A stretch of DNA of 45,066 nt, filler included, from Haliotis cracherodii (GCF_022045235.1; 3 parts of 3 records of this genome joined end to end with filler, not necessarily neighbours in it), one strand, 5' to 3'. Positions 1 through 12,153 are shown, numbered from the whole stretch's first letter. Numbers and translations: made by a program. The notes: generated by a model from the letters alone, not told the origin.

Positions 1-219
1 TACAACAAACTCAAAGACAGAGATTTCGTAAGTCTATAGCATATCATTTTTGACACACCATTTTATAAGCTGTCGGGCAGTTGTGATCATGTGGGACTGA
101 AAATATCATTCAGACTGCTGAACTGCGTGTAGAACTATCTTCTCGGAACAACATCAGACAATAGATCACTGACTGTTACAAAACATTCACTTTAACTCAC
201 ATAAGCCTCTTCATCAAAA

Positions 220-388
220 GCGGCGGTCGGGTAGCCTAGTGGTTAAAGCGTTAGCTCGTCACGCCGAAGACCCGGGTTCGATTCCCGATATGGGTACAAT
301 GTGTGAAGCCCATTTCTGGTGTCCACCGTCGTGATATTGTTGGAATATTGCTAAAAAGCGGCGTAAAACTTTACTCACTCTCTCACTC
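220..388 (+). mobile_element. tRNA-derived SINE, family A
   Basis: A-box TAGCCTAGTGG (232-242), B-box GGTTCGATTCC (275-285), tail GGAATATTGCTAAAAAGCGGCGTAAAAC + (ACTC)n. Imperfect TSD ctcttcatcaaaa/ctcctcaccaaaa. Further copies at 10731, 26161(-), 40894, 41655. Confidence 0.9.
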
Positions 389-685
389 CTCACCAAAATG
401 AAGGTACCTGTCTGCATGACAGTGAAGAGTTACTTCCCCTTTTCTATTTGACCACAATCTTTCTGTGAGGTGTTTTCATTTGGATTTATTAAGTATCTGA
501 AATACAATCATGACAATTGTTGACAACATAACTGATTTTATGTATGGTACACACATGTACACCTAACTGATTATGAAAACTAAGTATTTTTTCTGTATGC
601 AGTATTTACATTACAGTATTCTTATACAATGAGCTGGTAATAATGACTAACAGCTGTCTAAATGTAAACTCTCTCGTCTTTGCAG

Positions 686-729
686 TCATCCGGTGTTCCA
701 AACCCAGCATATGTGTCTACAGGTCCAAG
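686..729 (+). CDS. Penultimate exon of a gene entering from upstream of the window (SSGVPNPAYVSTGPR)
   Basis: Acceptor ctctcgtctttgcag, donor AG|gtaaac. 44 nt ending in phase 2; joins in frame to the exon at 1006. Upstream exons are not in view. Confidence 0.55.
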
Positions 730-1005
730 GTAAACTAAATATGAATACACATTTGGCCGTTGATATTTCTCAACAAAATATGAATACATCAAGTAGAACA
801 TAATGTCATCAATATTTGATTTAACATTATGAGTGTTGGAATGAAACCACTTCTATTGTGACTTATATTTTAAAGTACTGGTTTTGGTTTAATGACCAAG
901 TTTTGAAATATCATTTTTTGATAATGTCTTGATCTTCTATAGTAGTTTAATATTATGATCTATTTATCAAATTAGTTGAAATTTAATATGTTAACCATGT
1001 TCCAG

Positions 1006-1072
1006 GCCTCCATGCACACCTCCCACAGAGCCTCTTCCTGACTATATTGATGAAGGCGCCAGTAGGATATGA
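1006..1072 (+). CDS. Terminal coding exon (PPCTPPTEPLPDYIDEGASRI*), likely cytoplasmic tail of a membrane protein
   Basis: Acceptor tgttccag, phase matches exon 686-729, stop TGA at 1070-1072. Followed by an AT-rich UTR-like region with AATAAA at about 1509 and 1692. Confidence 0.55.
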
Positions 1073-2232
1073 AAAACGCCTTCATCTACTCTCGGTTACG
1101 GGGATGGAAATATAATCATTCGCAAGAAGTGCGGTTATTGGCTGTTTTAAACATAAACATTTAAAACATTAAAAATTTATGAACGAGCTACACGTGCCAA
1201 AACAGTGATAATACTGTTAATTAGATCATTCCTAAACAATAACCGGTTTTTCATATGAGAAACACTATGTCTCATAAACAAAAGGAATATTGAGTATATT
1301 TTAATATACACCAGTTATTTGTATTTCATATAACAATGTTGATACGTTTTAATGCTTTGTAATAATTGCATGCCTTTTACTAGTAGTTTCATAATCATGT
1401 ATATAACAACTTCTTAGTCGAGACGCCTGTGATAATAATCGACGTATTGAGTCATCGTCTCCTCAGGACTGGAACTGTTTCTCGTAGCAGTTTGAATACA
1501 ACTGTCCTAATAAACACGTTTCAGCTGTTTGACTCTTTATGTTTGATACTCAAGGATGTTATGCTCAAGGATTATGTTTCCATTGCTCTGCACATTCAAC
1601 TGTTTCAAGCATCATTGTCAACTGTATATAGAGTAACTCATGTCAACGTTTAAGCCATGAAACATGTATTAGGTTTAGTTCATGTTGTTTGAATAAAATA
1701 TACCGTTTCGTTTTGCATCCTTTTGTTAACATTGGGGCGTTTGTCTTGTTATCAGCAACAGAATTATTATGTGTCAATCATAATAACATATTATATTTAT
1801 ATTGTTGACTTGCGGTGTAAGCAAATATGAAAATCACCCTTCCTGAAAGTGACAAATGCCTTTCCATATTCATTAGAAATCACTTTGTGTCGAATAAGCA
1901 TACGGTAGAAGACAAACTCTTTCCTCATCCTCTGTAAAAATACGAAAGCTTGTAAAAATATCCTGTTTTGAAGCATTGGGGGCGTACCATTTGATATTCT
2001 GGAGGGAGTCTGGGTTTTCCAAAAGACGTCAATGTGAGGGATGTCTTTTAAAACGTATTGTGCAAACACAAACCTTTTTGGCTCTTCTTTTCGAAGAAAA
2101 GAATGTATTTCTTGAAGTACCGGTGAAGAAATATACAGTCTCTAACAAACATCCCAGAACAATAAGTGGTAAATAAGAAAACATACAACTTTATAGTTAA
2201 CAACTTCTTGTTTACTGCATGTCCCCTCCCAA

Positions 2233-2332
2233 NNNNNNNNNNNNNNNNNNNNNNNNNNNNNNNNNNNNNNNNNNNNTTAATTAATTAANNNNNNNNNNNN
2301 NNNNNNNNNNNNNNNNNNNNNNNNNNNNNNNN
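2233..2332. other. Artificial 100-bp scaffold join (44 N + TTAATTAATTAA + 44 N)
   Basis: Exact 44/12/44 structure, repeated at 18637-18736. The 12-mer gives stops in all six frames. Confidence 0.95.
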
Positions 2333-3429
2333 GGTAAATATTTACATCAATGCCAGGGTATAACCAGTCTCGATTATCCGCCGAAACAGATTCCAGTGAC
2401 ATTCGTCACCATTCGGATCTTTCCGTAACCTACAAGAAGCCTCGCCCCCCACTCGATGGCCGACATAAGTCGACTTTGAAATAGCCCTCGTCAATCCAAA
2501 TGTGCGTTAGGGTATGGGTAATTCGATAAATATAATCCCGAGTATTTAGATTAATTATGGCAATATGCGTTTGTTTAAAATATGTGGAAAAATGTAGATT
2601 GTCAGTTCCACACCACAATGTATACAAAATTGTGTTATACAAATTGATGTAGTAACTCTTAGGGCCATGTTGGCTGATCGATTCAAAAGTAAACGTGCGC
2701 CTGTTTACATCCAGGAAACGGCTCACATGATTGCAACATCTGTTCATTTCACCTGTAACTAGACTTAGCTTTCCAAAACTACATTCAGTTTAAAATCCAT
2801 TTGATAAAATACTAAGAGTTGCAATATACTAATAATGTATTAAAATAATTAAATAATCGCCGATTTCAAAACACATTTCTTTTGTAACAGATCAAGATGG
2901 CTAATGCTTCAGTCAAAAATAATACTTTCATACATAAGGTTCATAAAATATATTTATATTGTACTAAAATATTAGAATTTGCAAAATGGACATGTAACTA
3001 TAGTGATGGCTGAACTTGCTCAGGTCATTCATATGTTTTCACGCTTAGACATGTGTACCAAATGATAAGTTTTGTTTTAAAAAATGCCGTGTGACTGTGT
3101 CAGACATTGCTCTGGGCTACATATGTAATGTACCATAATCACGACAGCTAGCACTGACATATATGGGGACCATCCACGTTTCCATAATTAGTGATTAAAC
3201 AATGATGCTTATGTTTGCTTTATTAGCCTCTTAACGTTTGGATTTGTGTGGATGAATTTTGAATATGGAAATTAGTAGATAGACAGTACTGCATGAAATG
3301 GTTTGTGAATGGACTTACGTATGTACGAATTGGATGGTATTTCGAACACTGGAAGTATTGACAAAAGAATTTTATAATGATGCCAGTTCCCAATTTATGA
3401 TGTCCCTACAATCGCCGGATGATCTCAAC

Positions 3430-3714
3430 CCTGGTTTTTTTCGCCAACAGATTTTCGAATCATTTTGAAAACGTTAGCAAATACACCCCACAAAGTTATG
3501 TTCTTATAACGTTTTCCCGAACGCTTTTGAAACCACATAGAAACGTTTTAACAATGGTTATTTAAGTTTCCATAATGTTTCTCGCCAATGTGTTTTCTAA
3601 ACGTTTTGAAAAGTTTAACGTTATAGAAACTCCATAAATTTTTTTTTCGAACGTTTTTGTAACCATATGGAAACGTTTTCCAAAGGTTTTAACAGGGTTT
3701 CTGTGTTATCTGGG
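3430..3714. mobile_element. Partial non-autonomous DNA element (AACGTT-rich, ends ...TGTGTTATCTGGG)
   Basis: Repeated AAACGTTT/AACGTT subunits and a CTGGG terminus. A similar element lies at about 29165-29770, ending TGTTTGCTGGG. Confidence 0.4.
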
Positions 3715-3737
3715 TTTCATTATGGATTGGAAGGACA

Positions 3738-4655
3738 CTATTTCCTATTTGTGAACATTATGGGGAAAATCACTCTTTACTGTGTGTGTATACCATGGGG
3801 AAAATCACTCTTTCCTATTTGTGAACATGTACATTATGGGGAAAATCACTCTTTCCTATTTGTGAACATTATGGGGAAAATCACTCTTTCCTATTTGTGA
3901 ACATTATGGGGAAAATCACTCTTTCCTATTTGTGAACATTATGGGGAAAATCACTCTTTACTATGTGTGGACATTATGGGGAAAATCACTATTTCCTATT
4001 TGTGAACATTTCGGGGAAAATCACTCTTTACTGTGTGTGGATACCATGGGGAAAATCACTCTTTCCTATTTGTGAACATTACGGGAAAAATCACTCTTTA
4101 CTATGTGTGGACATTATGGGGAAAATCACTCTTTACTATTTGTGGATACCATGGGGAAAATCACTCCTTCCTATTTGTGAACATTATGGGGAAAATCACT
4201 CTTTCCTATTTGTGAACATTATGGGGAAAATCACTCTTTCTTATTTGTGAACATTATGGGCAAAAATCACTCTTTCCTATTTGTGAACATTATGGGAAAA
4301 ATCACTCTTTACTATTTGTGGGTATTATGGGGGAAATCACTACAGTGTATTTCTTATTTGTGAACATTATGGGGAAACTCACTCTTTACTATGTGTGGAC
4401 ATTATGGGGAAAATCACTCTTTACTATGTGTGGACATTTAAGGGAAAATGACTCTTTACTATGTGTGGACATTATAGGGAAAATCACTCTTTACTATGTG
4501 TGGATACCAAGGGAAAAATCACTCTTTACTATTTGTGGGTATTATGGGGGAATATCACTACAGTGTATTTCTTATTTGTGAACATTATGGGGAAACTCAC
4601 TCTTTACTATGTGTGGACATTATGGGGAAAATCACTATTTCCGATTTGTGAACAT
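3738..4655. repeat. 35-bp minisatellite, about 26 units (consensus CTTTCCTATTTGTGAACATTATGGGGAAAATCACT)
   Basis: Period 35 measured at 3851/3886. Explains the repetitive ORFs at 3667-4703. Confidence 0.95.
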
Positions 4656-5900
4656 CAAGAGACATGCCATGATTGTTTTGTACTGCTTAGTACATCTGCT
4701 TGACCTAATGGCACACAACAGTGTAGACACGGGACGTGGTCTGTGTGCATTGCGTGGTTAAAACTTCCGGGTTATAGAACTACCTTTCACTTTTGAGTAC
4801 AGTGCAATTTCCTTCCAAAGGTACAAAACACTTTAATATGTATTTGCCACATATTCCATAAAGATAATACACAACAACACAACGGATGGGACTGTAGGGC
4901 GTGGCTACCTCTCTAGTTCCGGTCTAGACGTTGCCATGGAACATTGTCTCTGTATAATTACTAACAGGTAGATATTGATCATTCATTGTAGGATTACTTA
5001 ATAGTCAGGCTGGTGTATGAAGGACGTGTTTCAAGCTCGCCCCGAGCCTAAGCGTAGGCCTGCGTTCGCCTGCCTCAAACCTGTATCGACCTCACCAGGC
5101 ACACATGTTGTGTCGTTCATTGATAAGAATCAGAAATAAAAATATATTACTTGGCGTATGAACAACTAAAATGCATACAGGACTACTGCAGATCAATAGA
5201 AAGGGTTGTAGTAAAATTGACTCGTCTACTCACGAAAATGTAGGTCTACCGCTTTTAAAGCATGCAAATGTCTGCCAGTGTTTTAAATCGAAAGTAGGAA
5301 TATCAATTACTCTAACTGAGTCAATGTCAAGGCTGATGGTTGAAAGGCGGAAGGGAACACATTCCTTCGTTCAGCCCCAGGGACCTTCATTGAGATATCA
5401 TGTGATTTATTTTACCTCTTATACAGTATGACATTGGTTGTTGTTTTTCAAGTGCGATAGAGTTTGCCTTGAAGAGATTATAGTGTGTAAATGTATTCGT
5501 ATTATATATATCAAGTGTCCCCCGTCGTGAGTGCTTCAAGTCATGTGATCTCTACTCACTCAGTCGTTTGATGACGTCAGTGAACAATCACACTCTCCCA
5601 GGCAGGTATTCACAATATGGCAAATCTTGCAGCCAATGTGACTTTAAATTTTAACCCACTCGCAGGCAGGTCACAAGAGCTGATTGATATTCGTAATCCG
5701 CGACTTGTTATTTCATCTCGTGAAGTTAATATATATATATATAATGTACTCACACACAACAGATGTATGCAAATGTATATACCCTGTGCTAATAAAAATG
5801 GATTTGTTTAAAACAGTTTCATTTATTCTTTTAAGATTTTATCCTACACCAAACTAAGTTGATTTTATTAAACAATGTCTTCATATCTAAAACTGCTTCA

Positions 5901-6169
5901 GACCCGTGAAGATTCCGGGGCAGAACAGGTCTTCAGCAAGCCATGCTTGCCGTAAAAGGTGACTATGCTTGTCGTAAAAGGCGACTAACGGGATCGGGTG
6001 GTCAGGCTCGCTGACTTGGTTGATATATGTCATCGATCCCATTTGCGTGGATCGATGCTCATGATATTAATCACTGGATTGTCTGGTCCAGACTCGATTA
6101 TTTACAGACCGCCGTCATATAGCTGGAATATTGCTGAATGCGGCGGTAAACAACAAACAAACCAACCAA
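5901..6169 (+). mobile_element. SINE-like retroposon, family B (no tRNA head), full length
   Basis: 14-bp TSD ctaaaactgcttca (5887-5900, 6170-6183). Starts GACCCGTGAAG; tail GCTGGAATATTGCTGA..GCGGCG + (AAAC)n. About 20 copies or fragments in the window. Confidence 0.92.
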
Positions 6170-7466
6170 CTAAAACTGCTTCACAGCACAATTAATTCTT
6201 TGTCAAGAAAGCAAAGATATTTTGTATGCAGAACAGAGAAACAACACTACTATCATTTAGGAATATCGGAATATTTGATACTTTATTTGCTTTGCTCGGC
6301 GATATACAAGGCTAAACATTACAAAGTATAAGAACTTTAACCATTGAAGACACTGATGTTAATCACAATTGTGACTCCAATGGTTTCAATACCAAAAAAT
6401 CCAACTTATTTTACCAACAAACAATATTTTGTACAAGATACGTACACAACGACTAATGTATCTTCTGTTCAGATTTCCAAGAAACTATTGACGACGTCTT
6501 TGGGTGGTAAAGTAAAGTGGACTCCCTTTGGGTTGATTTAGAAAAATGGATAATAAATAAAATACAGATCAAAAATGAAAATGACTAAAGTCGTTGTCTT
6601 AACAGGCTATCCAGCACAGAAGTACAATCCAATAAATGCACTAATCACTGTACCCAAATACATGAGTTATAGATATAATGTTTTCATTAAACTGCCTACA
6701 TTTGTCCAGCTTAAAGAGGAGCTCACACAAAATTACTAAACGACCAAATACAATGCATCAATATATGTCAGCAAGAAGCTCTTCTAACAAGTTTTGGTAA
6801 AATTGTCATTTATTATTTCGTTGATAACTAGTCTTGTGAGGTTTGTATATACATCACTGTCTTTAGTTACAGAAACTCATGATCTGTTTATTTGTAATAT
6901 GCAACAGGAAATAAATAAATAAATTAAAAAAGAATCACTAGTGTGGCATGTATCAAGGTACAGATGTGTGTCACACACAGGAAAACCCCAGCTCATTTAT
7001 AACATCATGAAACACGCAGTTGTCTCCCTTGTGAAGGGACATAAATATCAGTCAGGAAACTCAATCGATGAAATGAAAACTACCTCCATCAATTATAAGA
7101 AAAACACCATATTCATTGCAATAAGAAAGCATAATAATAAATAAAAAAAGCATGCATTCTATTCAATAGTAAAAAAAACATAATAGTAAAAAAAAAGTCT
7201 TAATGACTTTGCAACTGCATGCGAAAAGACATAAAGAAACTAAACTATAGTGGATATATACTTACACGGAGATCACGTTAAAGAAAACACCGGCTTGCCC
7301 CAAGCTCTTCTTCATTACATGAACTTTAAACTATGATTAATCATAACAAATTAAGCGATGTTGCTAAAGGTCTAACAATACCTGTTTTGAGTATCTACAC
7401 CATACGTATACACGCTCACATGGACTCACATCAACACTTTCGAAAACACCCAATACGATTATACCA

Positions 7467-7597
7467 TGAAACATCTCAGCACAAGTCACGAAACATCTCA
7501 GCACAAGTCACGAAACATCTCAGCAGAAGCCACGAAACATCTCAGCACAAGTCACGAAACATCTCAGCACAAGTCACGAAACATCTTAGCAGAAGTT
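7467..7597. repeat. 22-bp tandem repeat (GAAACATCTCAGCACAAGTCAC), about 6 units
   Basis: Period 22 measured at 7468/7490. Confidence 0.92.
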
Positions 7598-7829
7598 AAT
7601 GAGTCAATGTTTAATGTCGGCAATATTCCAGCCACATAGCGAGGAGAACAAATGATATATTCACTAACAAGTGCACGGTGAAACAAAGTAAATGTAACAG
7701 ATTCAGTGTACAACACAACAGAGAGACGAAAGTAAACACCCGAACCATCGAGACAAATAAAGAACCATAATAAACATGATACTAACGTGGGTCGTGAATC
7801 ATGTGTGATTTCTGTAGACACCAAATATG

Positions 7830-8092
7830 TTGGATGGTTGGTTGGTTAACGCCGAACTCATCCATATTCCAGCTCTGTGACGGCGGTCTGTAAGTAATCG
7901 AGTCCGGACCAGACAATACAGTGATTAATATCATGACCATAAGGCCTACATCGATCCACGCAATTGTGATCGATGACATACATCAACCTAGTCAGTGAGC
8001 CTGACCAGGTAAGTCGCCTCTTACGAGAAGTATAGTCGCCTTTTACAAGCACGGGTTGCTGAAGACCTATTCTACCCCGGGTCTTCACGGGT
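7830..8092 (-). mobile_element. SINE family B copy
   Basis: Reverse complement of 5901-6169 with a small internal deletion. Confidence 0.9.
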
Positions 8093-8270
8093 ATCTACTG
8101 TCTTTCCTTGCTCTTGGTAACGTCTTGCAAATGTTCATATTAAAATAGAACCAAATCAATCGCCATAACCGATACAAAATGACTTGGAGGATATTTTACC
8201 TGTAACACTGACCTAGGTATTCTGGAAAAAAATAAATATACGTCGTACAATAAATAACATAAGATGATTA

Positions 8271-8571
8271 TTAGGTGACCATTTGATTTTCTGGGGGGAA
8301 CCTGGAATTTTGTCTGGAGATTAGATATTTGTTTTCAGATTCCGATGCAAAACCAGATATTTTCTTTTTTAGAACTATGAGCCTGAACGTTTCAAAGGAA
8401 AAACACCTTGCAACAATGTAATTTTTTTGTGGCAGACAGTTTCTTATATTTTCAACAGTTTTCAAGCATTTTTCAAGCATAATTTTTAAAAAAAAAATTG
8501 AGGACAATTTATTTTTGTCGATACAATCCACCCACTCCCCCATCCTTGAATGTCACATGTCTGGCCCCTTA
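8271..8571. mobile_element. Degenerate MITE-like element
   Basis: Begins TTAGGTGACCATTTGATTTTCTGGGGGG and ends CCCCC...CACATGTCTGGCCCCTTA (imperfect TIRs). Similar ends occur at about 16055-16102 and 38930-39025. Confidence 0.4.
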
Positions 8572-8592
8572 CTACAACCCTTCATCATAATG

Positions 8593-8620
8593 AACGAACG
8601 AACGAACGAACGAACGAATG
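8593..8620. repeat. (GAAC)n microsatellite
   Basis: Read directly. Confidence 0.9.
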
Positions 8621-9610
8621 AATTTCCTCCGAAGTTGAATCCGAAGATTTTACATAGGCAAATACATAACTTATTATACATCCATTAGATTACTTGACTA
8701 TATACAATGAAATCATGTTATACAGTGCTATGAATAAACAATTTTCATTATACATTTCGTCAGCAGAAAGGTATCAGTGTCTCTTATATATACATAATGT
8801 ATTTCTTCAAATTCCATATAAAGTGGCAGAAAGACAGTATGATGCTATGTCAAGTATCGTAATCAATTTCGTCAGTCAAGTCATGAACCGAGAAAGAATG
8901 AAAGCATATCTATTTCACATATACATCGACATCAAGTTTATCAGTCAGACATGAGAAGAAATGATTTCTCTCAGACATAAAAAAATATGACAATCATAGT
9001 CATAGCAACGTCTCTTACAATGGTTACATTCTTTCGACACTTTTGCTCTTGATCTGATTTTACTACAAAGTTACAGGGGTTGTCTTTTTTGTGGATAGAG
9101 ATGCATTACATTATAAAAAACGTGCATTTGTAACCGTTTATGGGTTTTATGGTACCGTGAATGATCTGGTCTCTGTGCTAGTCTCTCTCTCCAAATGTAC
9201 TGTTCATTCTCTGATAGACGTCTGATTACAAGAGCCCGTCAAGCCGATTTAGTTGGGAATGAACCACTATCAGTATAGTCTTTGATATAGTTGTCTGAAT
9301 GATAGTTTTAGCAGCATATAGAAGGATGTTGCATATGCTTACTGAACGGCTAAAATTGACAATAGCGTTGGTAGCAATATGAGCACAAAATAGATCTTTT
9401 GTGGAATAGAGACATCATATCTATTGAGCTTGGTACATGAAACACAGTCTTTCATGTTAACAGTACATGATTAACGTATTCCGATGGAACTGATGACGAC
9501 GATGTAGAAAGCTGCTGTATAACATTACGCGTTCTAAATCGTTAATAACAAATAAATGTCATCCCAGAAAAGGCTACACCACTCAGACAAATGTGGCTGT
9601 TACCGGTGGT

Positions 9611-9815
9611 CTAGTAGTCGACGTCATTGAAGAGGTAGGTGCAGAACTGACAGTCCGGGTGGATGTTCTTAATGATTCTGACGACGTCGTCTCGCCGGCT
9701 GTCGTCTTGGGAGAAGTACTGCACCACATGTCCGACCTTGAGTCCGTGTGCTATCAGCTCCTGCAGCACGTGGTCTACACACGCCTCGCGTGGCTGCCCC
9801 GCTCTCTGACTCTGC
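9611..9815 (-). CDS. Gene 1 exon 5 (terminal): C-terminal half of a death-domain-like fold plus HPDCQFC
   Basis: Acceptor gttgtgttttccag, phase 2, GC3-rich codons. Encodes QSQRAGQPREACVDHVLQELIAHGLKVGHVVQYFSQDDSRRDDVVRIIKNIHPDCQFCTYLFNDVDY*. Paralogous exon at 17849-18053. Confidence 0.85.
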
Positions 9816-9934
9816 CTGGAAAACACAACAATTGCATATTGCTGCTACAGTATCCCCTCGTCTGTTCATCGTTTATCTCAGTGCCGCTGGTTAAAAGCCA
9901 ACGAATGATCTCCGTATTTTCTTTCTTTAGCGAA

Positions 9935-10165
9935 CCGCCTCCTAGGTGTATTTGATAGATCGCCTTGAGAGCGGTAAGTAGGTGGTTCGATCCCCGGCCG
10001 CCTCGTACCAGAATACGCAGAAAGATGGTACTTGTTTTTAACCTGTCCGTCGCTCGGCATTAAGGGGAAACAACACGGACTGGTCGGCTCAAAGTCATTA
10101 TGCTGTGTCCGAGTGATAAAATGCAACATGGCATCTCTGTAGGCTAACACTATGGAACCGGCTTC
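9935..10165 (-). mobile_element. tRNA-derived SINE, family C-related, diverged
   Basis: Internally similar to family C (AAAGATGGTACTTGTT...CGCTCGGCATTAAGGG...GGACTGGTCGGCTC) with a GGTTCGATCCC B-box as written on the plus strand. Its orientation is therefore + relative to the SINE and antisense to gene 1. Confidence 0.6.
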
Positions 10166-10730
10166 AGTCAAGTCTAGAATGATTTGGCAAGTCTAGATTG
10201 CCTCAAGTCTGAAATTAACGATTGATCTGGGCTCCATTTGGATTATATTTGTTCTATTTTGTACATATATATTTTATAACTTATTTCTGGAACAAAATGT
10301 CAGTTCAGTAAGGATTGTTCTGGGCTCCACTGGATTTTTTTTTTAATCTTGTAGATATATGTTTTAAATAAGATAACTTTTTGTCAGTCTAGGAGCTACA
10401 CACGTGTCGCTACATGGGAGCAACAGTCATCAACTGGGCGTTGAACCCCATGTCACCTCAACTCTTCATGAACACTGTACGCATTTTCTACTCTCTAGTT
10501 CCGCCCATAGGGCATCGTGTGCACATACCCAGGGTATGACGTGTATACATTCAGACCTGCACTTTTTGTCATACCCTCGTCAGGGCAACACAGTGTCTTC
10601 GTCCCCCAAACTTATCATTTTACAATGATTGTACATGTTACAGGTATGTGTAGCTGCTTTTCTATTGCGTTGGTAGCCTTCATGTCACACTAATATGTCA
10701 TTAATAAAATTATAATGTTTCTATTGACAC

Positions 10731-10887
10731 AGGGGCAATGGGGTAGACTAGTTCGCTCGTCACGCCAAAGACCGAGCTCGATGCCCACATGGGTACAATG
10801 TGTGGAGCCCATTTCTGGGGTCCCCGGCAGGGATATTGCTGGAATATTGCTAAATGCCGCGTAAAGCAATACTCACACACTCACTCC
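10731..10887 (+). mobile_element. SINE family A copy (gene 1 intron 4)
   Basis: Similar to 220-388. Confidence 0.85.
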
Positions 10888-11395
10888 TTTTGACATAAGA
10901 ACTAGTATTACTATAATTGCTATCCATGGATTCCTAATAATGCATAATTCATGTACCGTATGCCATTGTAAAAGTGGAGAGAGCGAGAGGTATGTTATAG
11001 AGGTTTAATGTTATATAATCCAAACTCCAAAACATATATACTGATGAACATAAAGTCACTTCAACTAAGGCGTAGAGACGCGATTGATGATATTTCCTAC
11101 CTCCGGTACACGCATATAAGTAGATTAAAACTCAACAAAGTGAACATTAAATGGCAGAACGAGTATTTTGAGATATTACCAACCAAATCGAATTATTTTA
11201 GACATTTGTTGCAAAATGAGTTACGCTTTTATGATGCACACAATCAGATTTGAACAGGGAAGGTATCGAGCGTGACTCATTGAGGAACATTGTGGGTGAA
11301 ATCGTTTGTTTGAAGATGCAAAAGTTACACAGGCCATGGTAGACAATTCCAAATCTGATCCTGCACTTGTATCCTGACACAGTTATCCCCCTTAC

Positions 11396-11508
11396 ATAAG
11401 TTTGTCTATTTCCCATAGTTCCTTGTTTGGCAGGCAGTGCTTGGCGAGACCTTCCACCGTCTGACGCTCTGACAATGGTTGATCTGGGCGGAGCGAAAAC
11501 ACCAGTTC
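11396..11508 (-). CDS. Gene 1 exon 4: N-terminal half of the death-domain-like fold (ELVFSLRPDQPLSERQTVEGLAKHCLPNKELWEIDKL)
   Basis: Acceptor tttctttttttag, donor AT|gtaagg. 113 nt, phase 0->2; AT+G gives Met on joining exon 5. Confidence 0.8.
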
Positions 11509-11734
11509 CTAAAAAAAGAAACATTGGTTTCAGAATTATAGAGCCACAAGGCACTAAAGCCACGACATTAGCGGACTTGACTTTCAGCCCGGAGAGGAAC
11601 AACCAAACTCTAGAACTGCATATGGAATCAATAATAATGTCATCTTTTTATGTTTTCATTATAAGACTGAAAATACCTTTGCTTCAGATGAAGCGGTGAC
11701 AGGGGGCTCTCGAATGAAAGATGTCGTTTTTCAT

Positions 11735-12020
11735 GCATGCACGTGTGTGTGTGTGTGTGTGGCTGCTTGTACTAGTCCGGACTGATGCCGATTTATCATG
11801 CTAGCTCACTGAGATACCATGCGGCAGTTTAACATGAATACCCGACTCTGACACAGTATACTGACTCCGTACCGACCAGTCCTTGTTTTAGCCCCTTAAT
11901 GCCGAGCGCCAGACAGGATAACAACAAGTACCATCTTTTAACGTCTTTTGGTATGACGCGACCGGGGATCGAACACAGGACCTTCCGCTCTCCGGGCGGC
12001 ACTCTACCACTAGACCACTG
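11735..12020 (-). mobile_element. SINE family C copy
   Basis: Reverse complement of 24702-25058, truncated at the 3' tail. Confidence 0.88.
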
Positions 12021-12070
12021 AGTGTTTCATTAAAAGTTTGATCAATATGTTTATTTTGATAAGACCCTAC

Positions 12071-12153
12071 CTCCTTCAGTTTGATGATCTCCATGCTGTC
12101 TCCGCCTTTGTACAACAGCTCATCAACACGGCCGGTACAAGCTTTAGGGTTAC
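12071..12153 (-). CDS. Gene 1 exon 3 (GNPKACTGRVDELLYKGGDSMEIIKLKE)
   Basis: Acceptor ccttgttgtaatag, donor GAG|gtaggg. 83 nt, phase 1->0, matches both neighbouring exons. Confidence 0.78.

Noticed and set aside
220-295. tRNA gene (Asp-like GTC)
   Set aside because: No proper acceptor stem. It continues into a repeated body and tail with multiple copies, so it is a SINE head.
1797-2140. About 115-codon open frame on the minus strand
   Set aside because: No recognisable motif, only a weak acceptor, and it abuts a gap. It cannot be supported without a homology search.
3667-4703. Cluster of repetitive ORFs, or a CRISPR-like array
   Set aside because: Head-to-tail 35-bp minisatellite with no unique spacers. 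The unit is not a multiple of 3, and the context is eukaryotic.
5998-6195. Recurrent ORFs containing ITGLSGPDSIIYRPPSYSWNIAEC
   Set aside because: These are translations of SINE family B, not a gene family.
9490-9540. Hammerhead-like CTGATGA...GAAA
   Set aside because: Stems I-III and the UH cleavage site cannot be formed. The same applies to CTGAAGA at about 22412, which lies inside a SINE.
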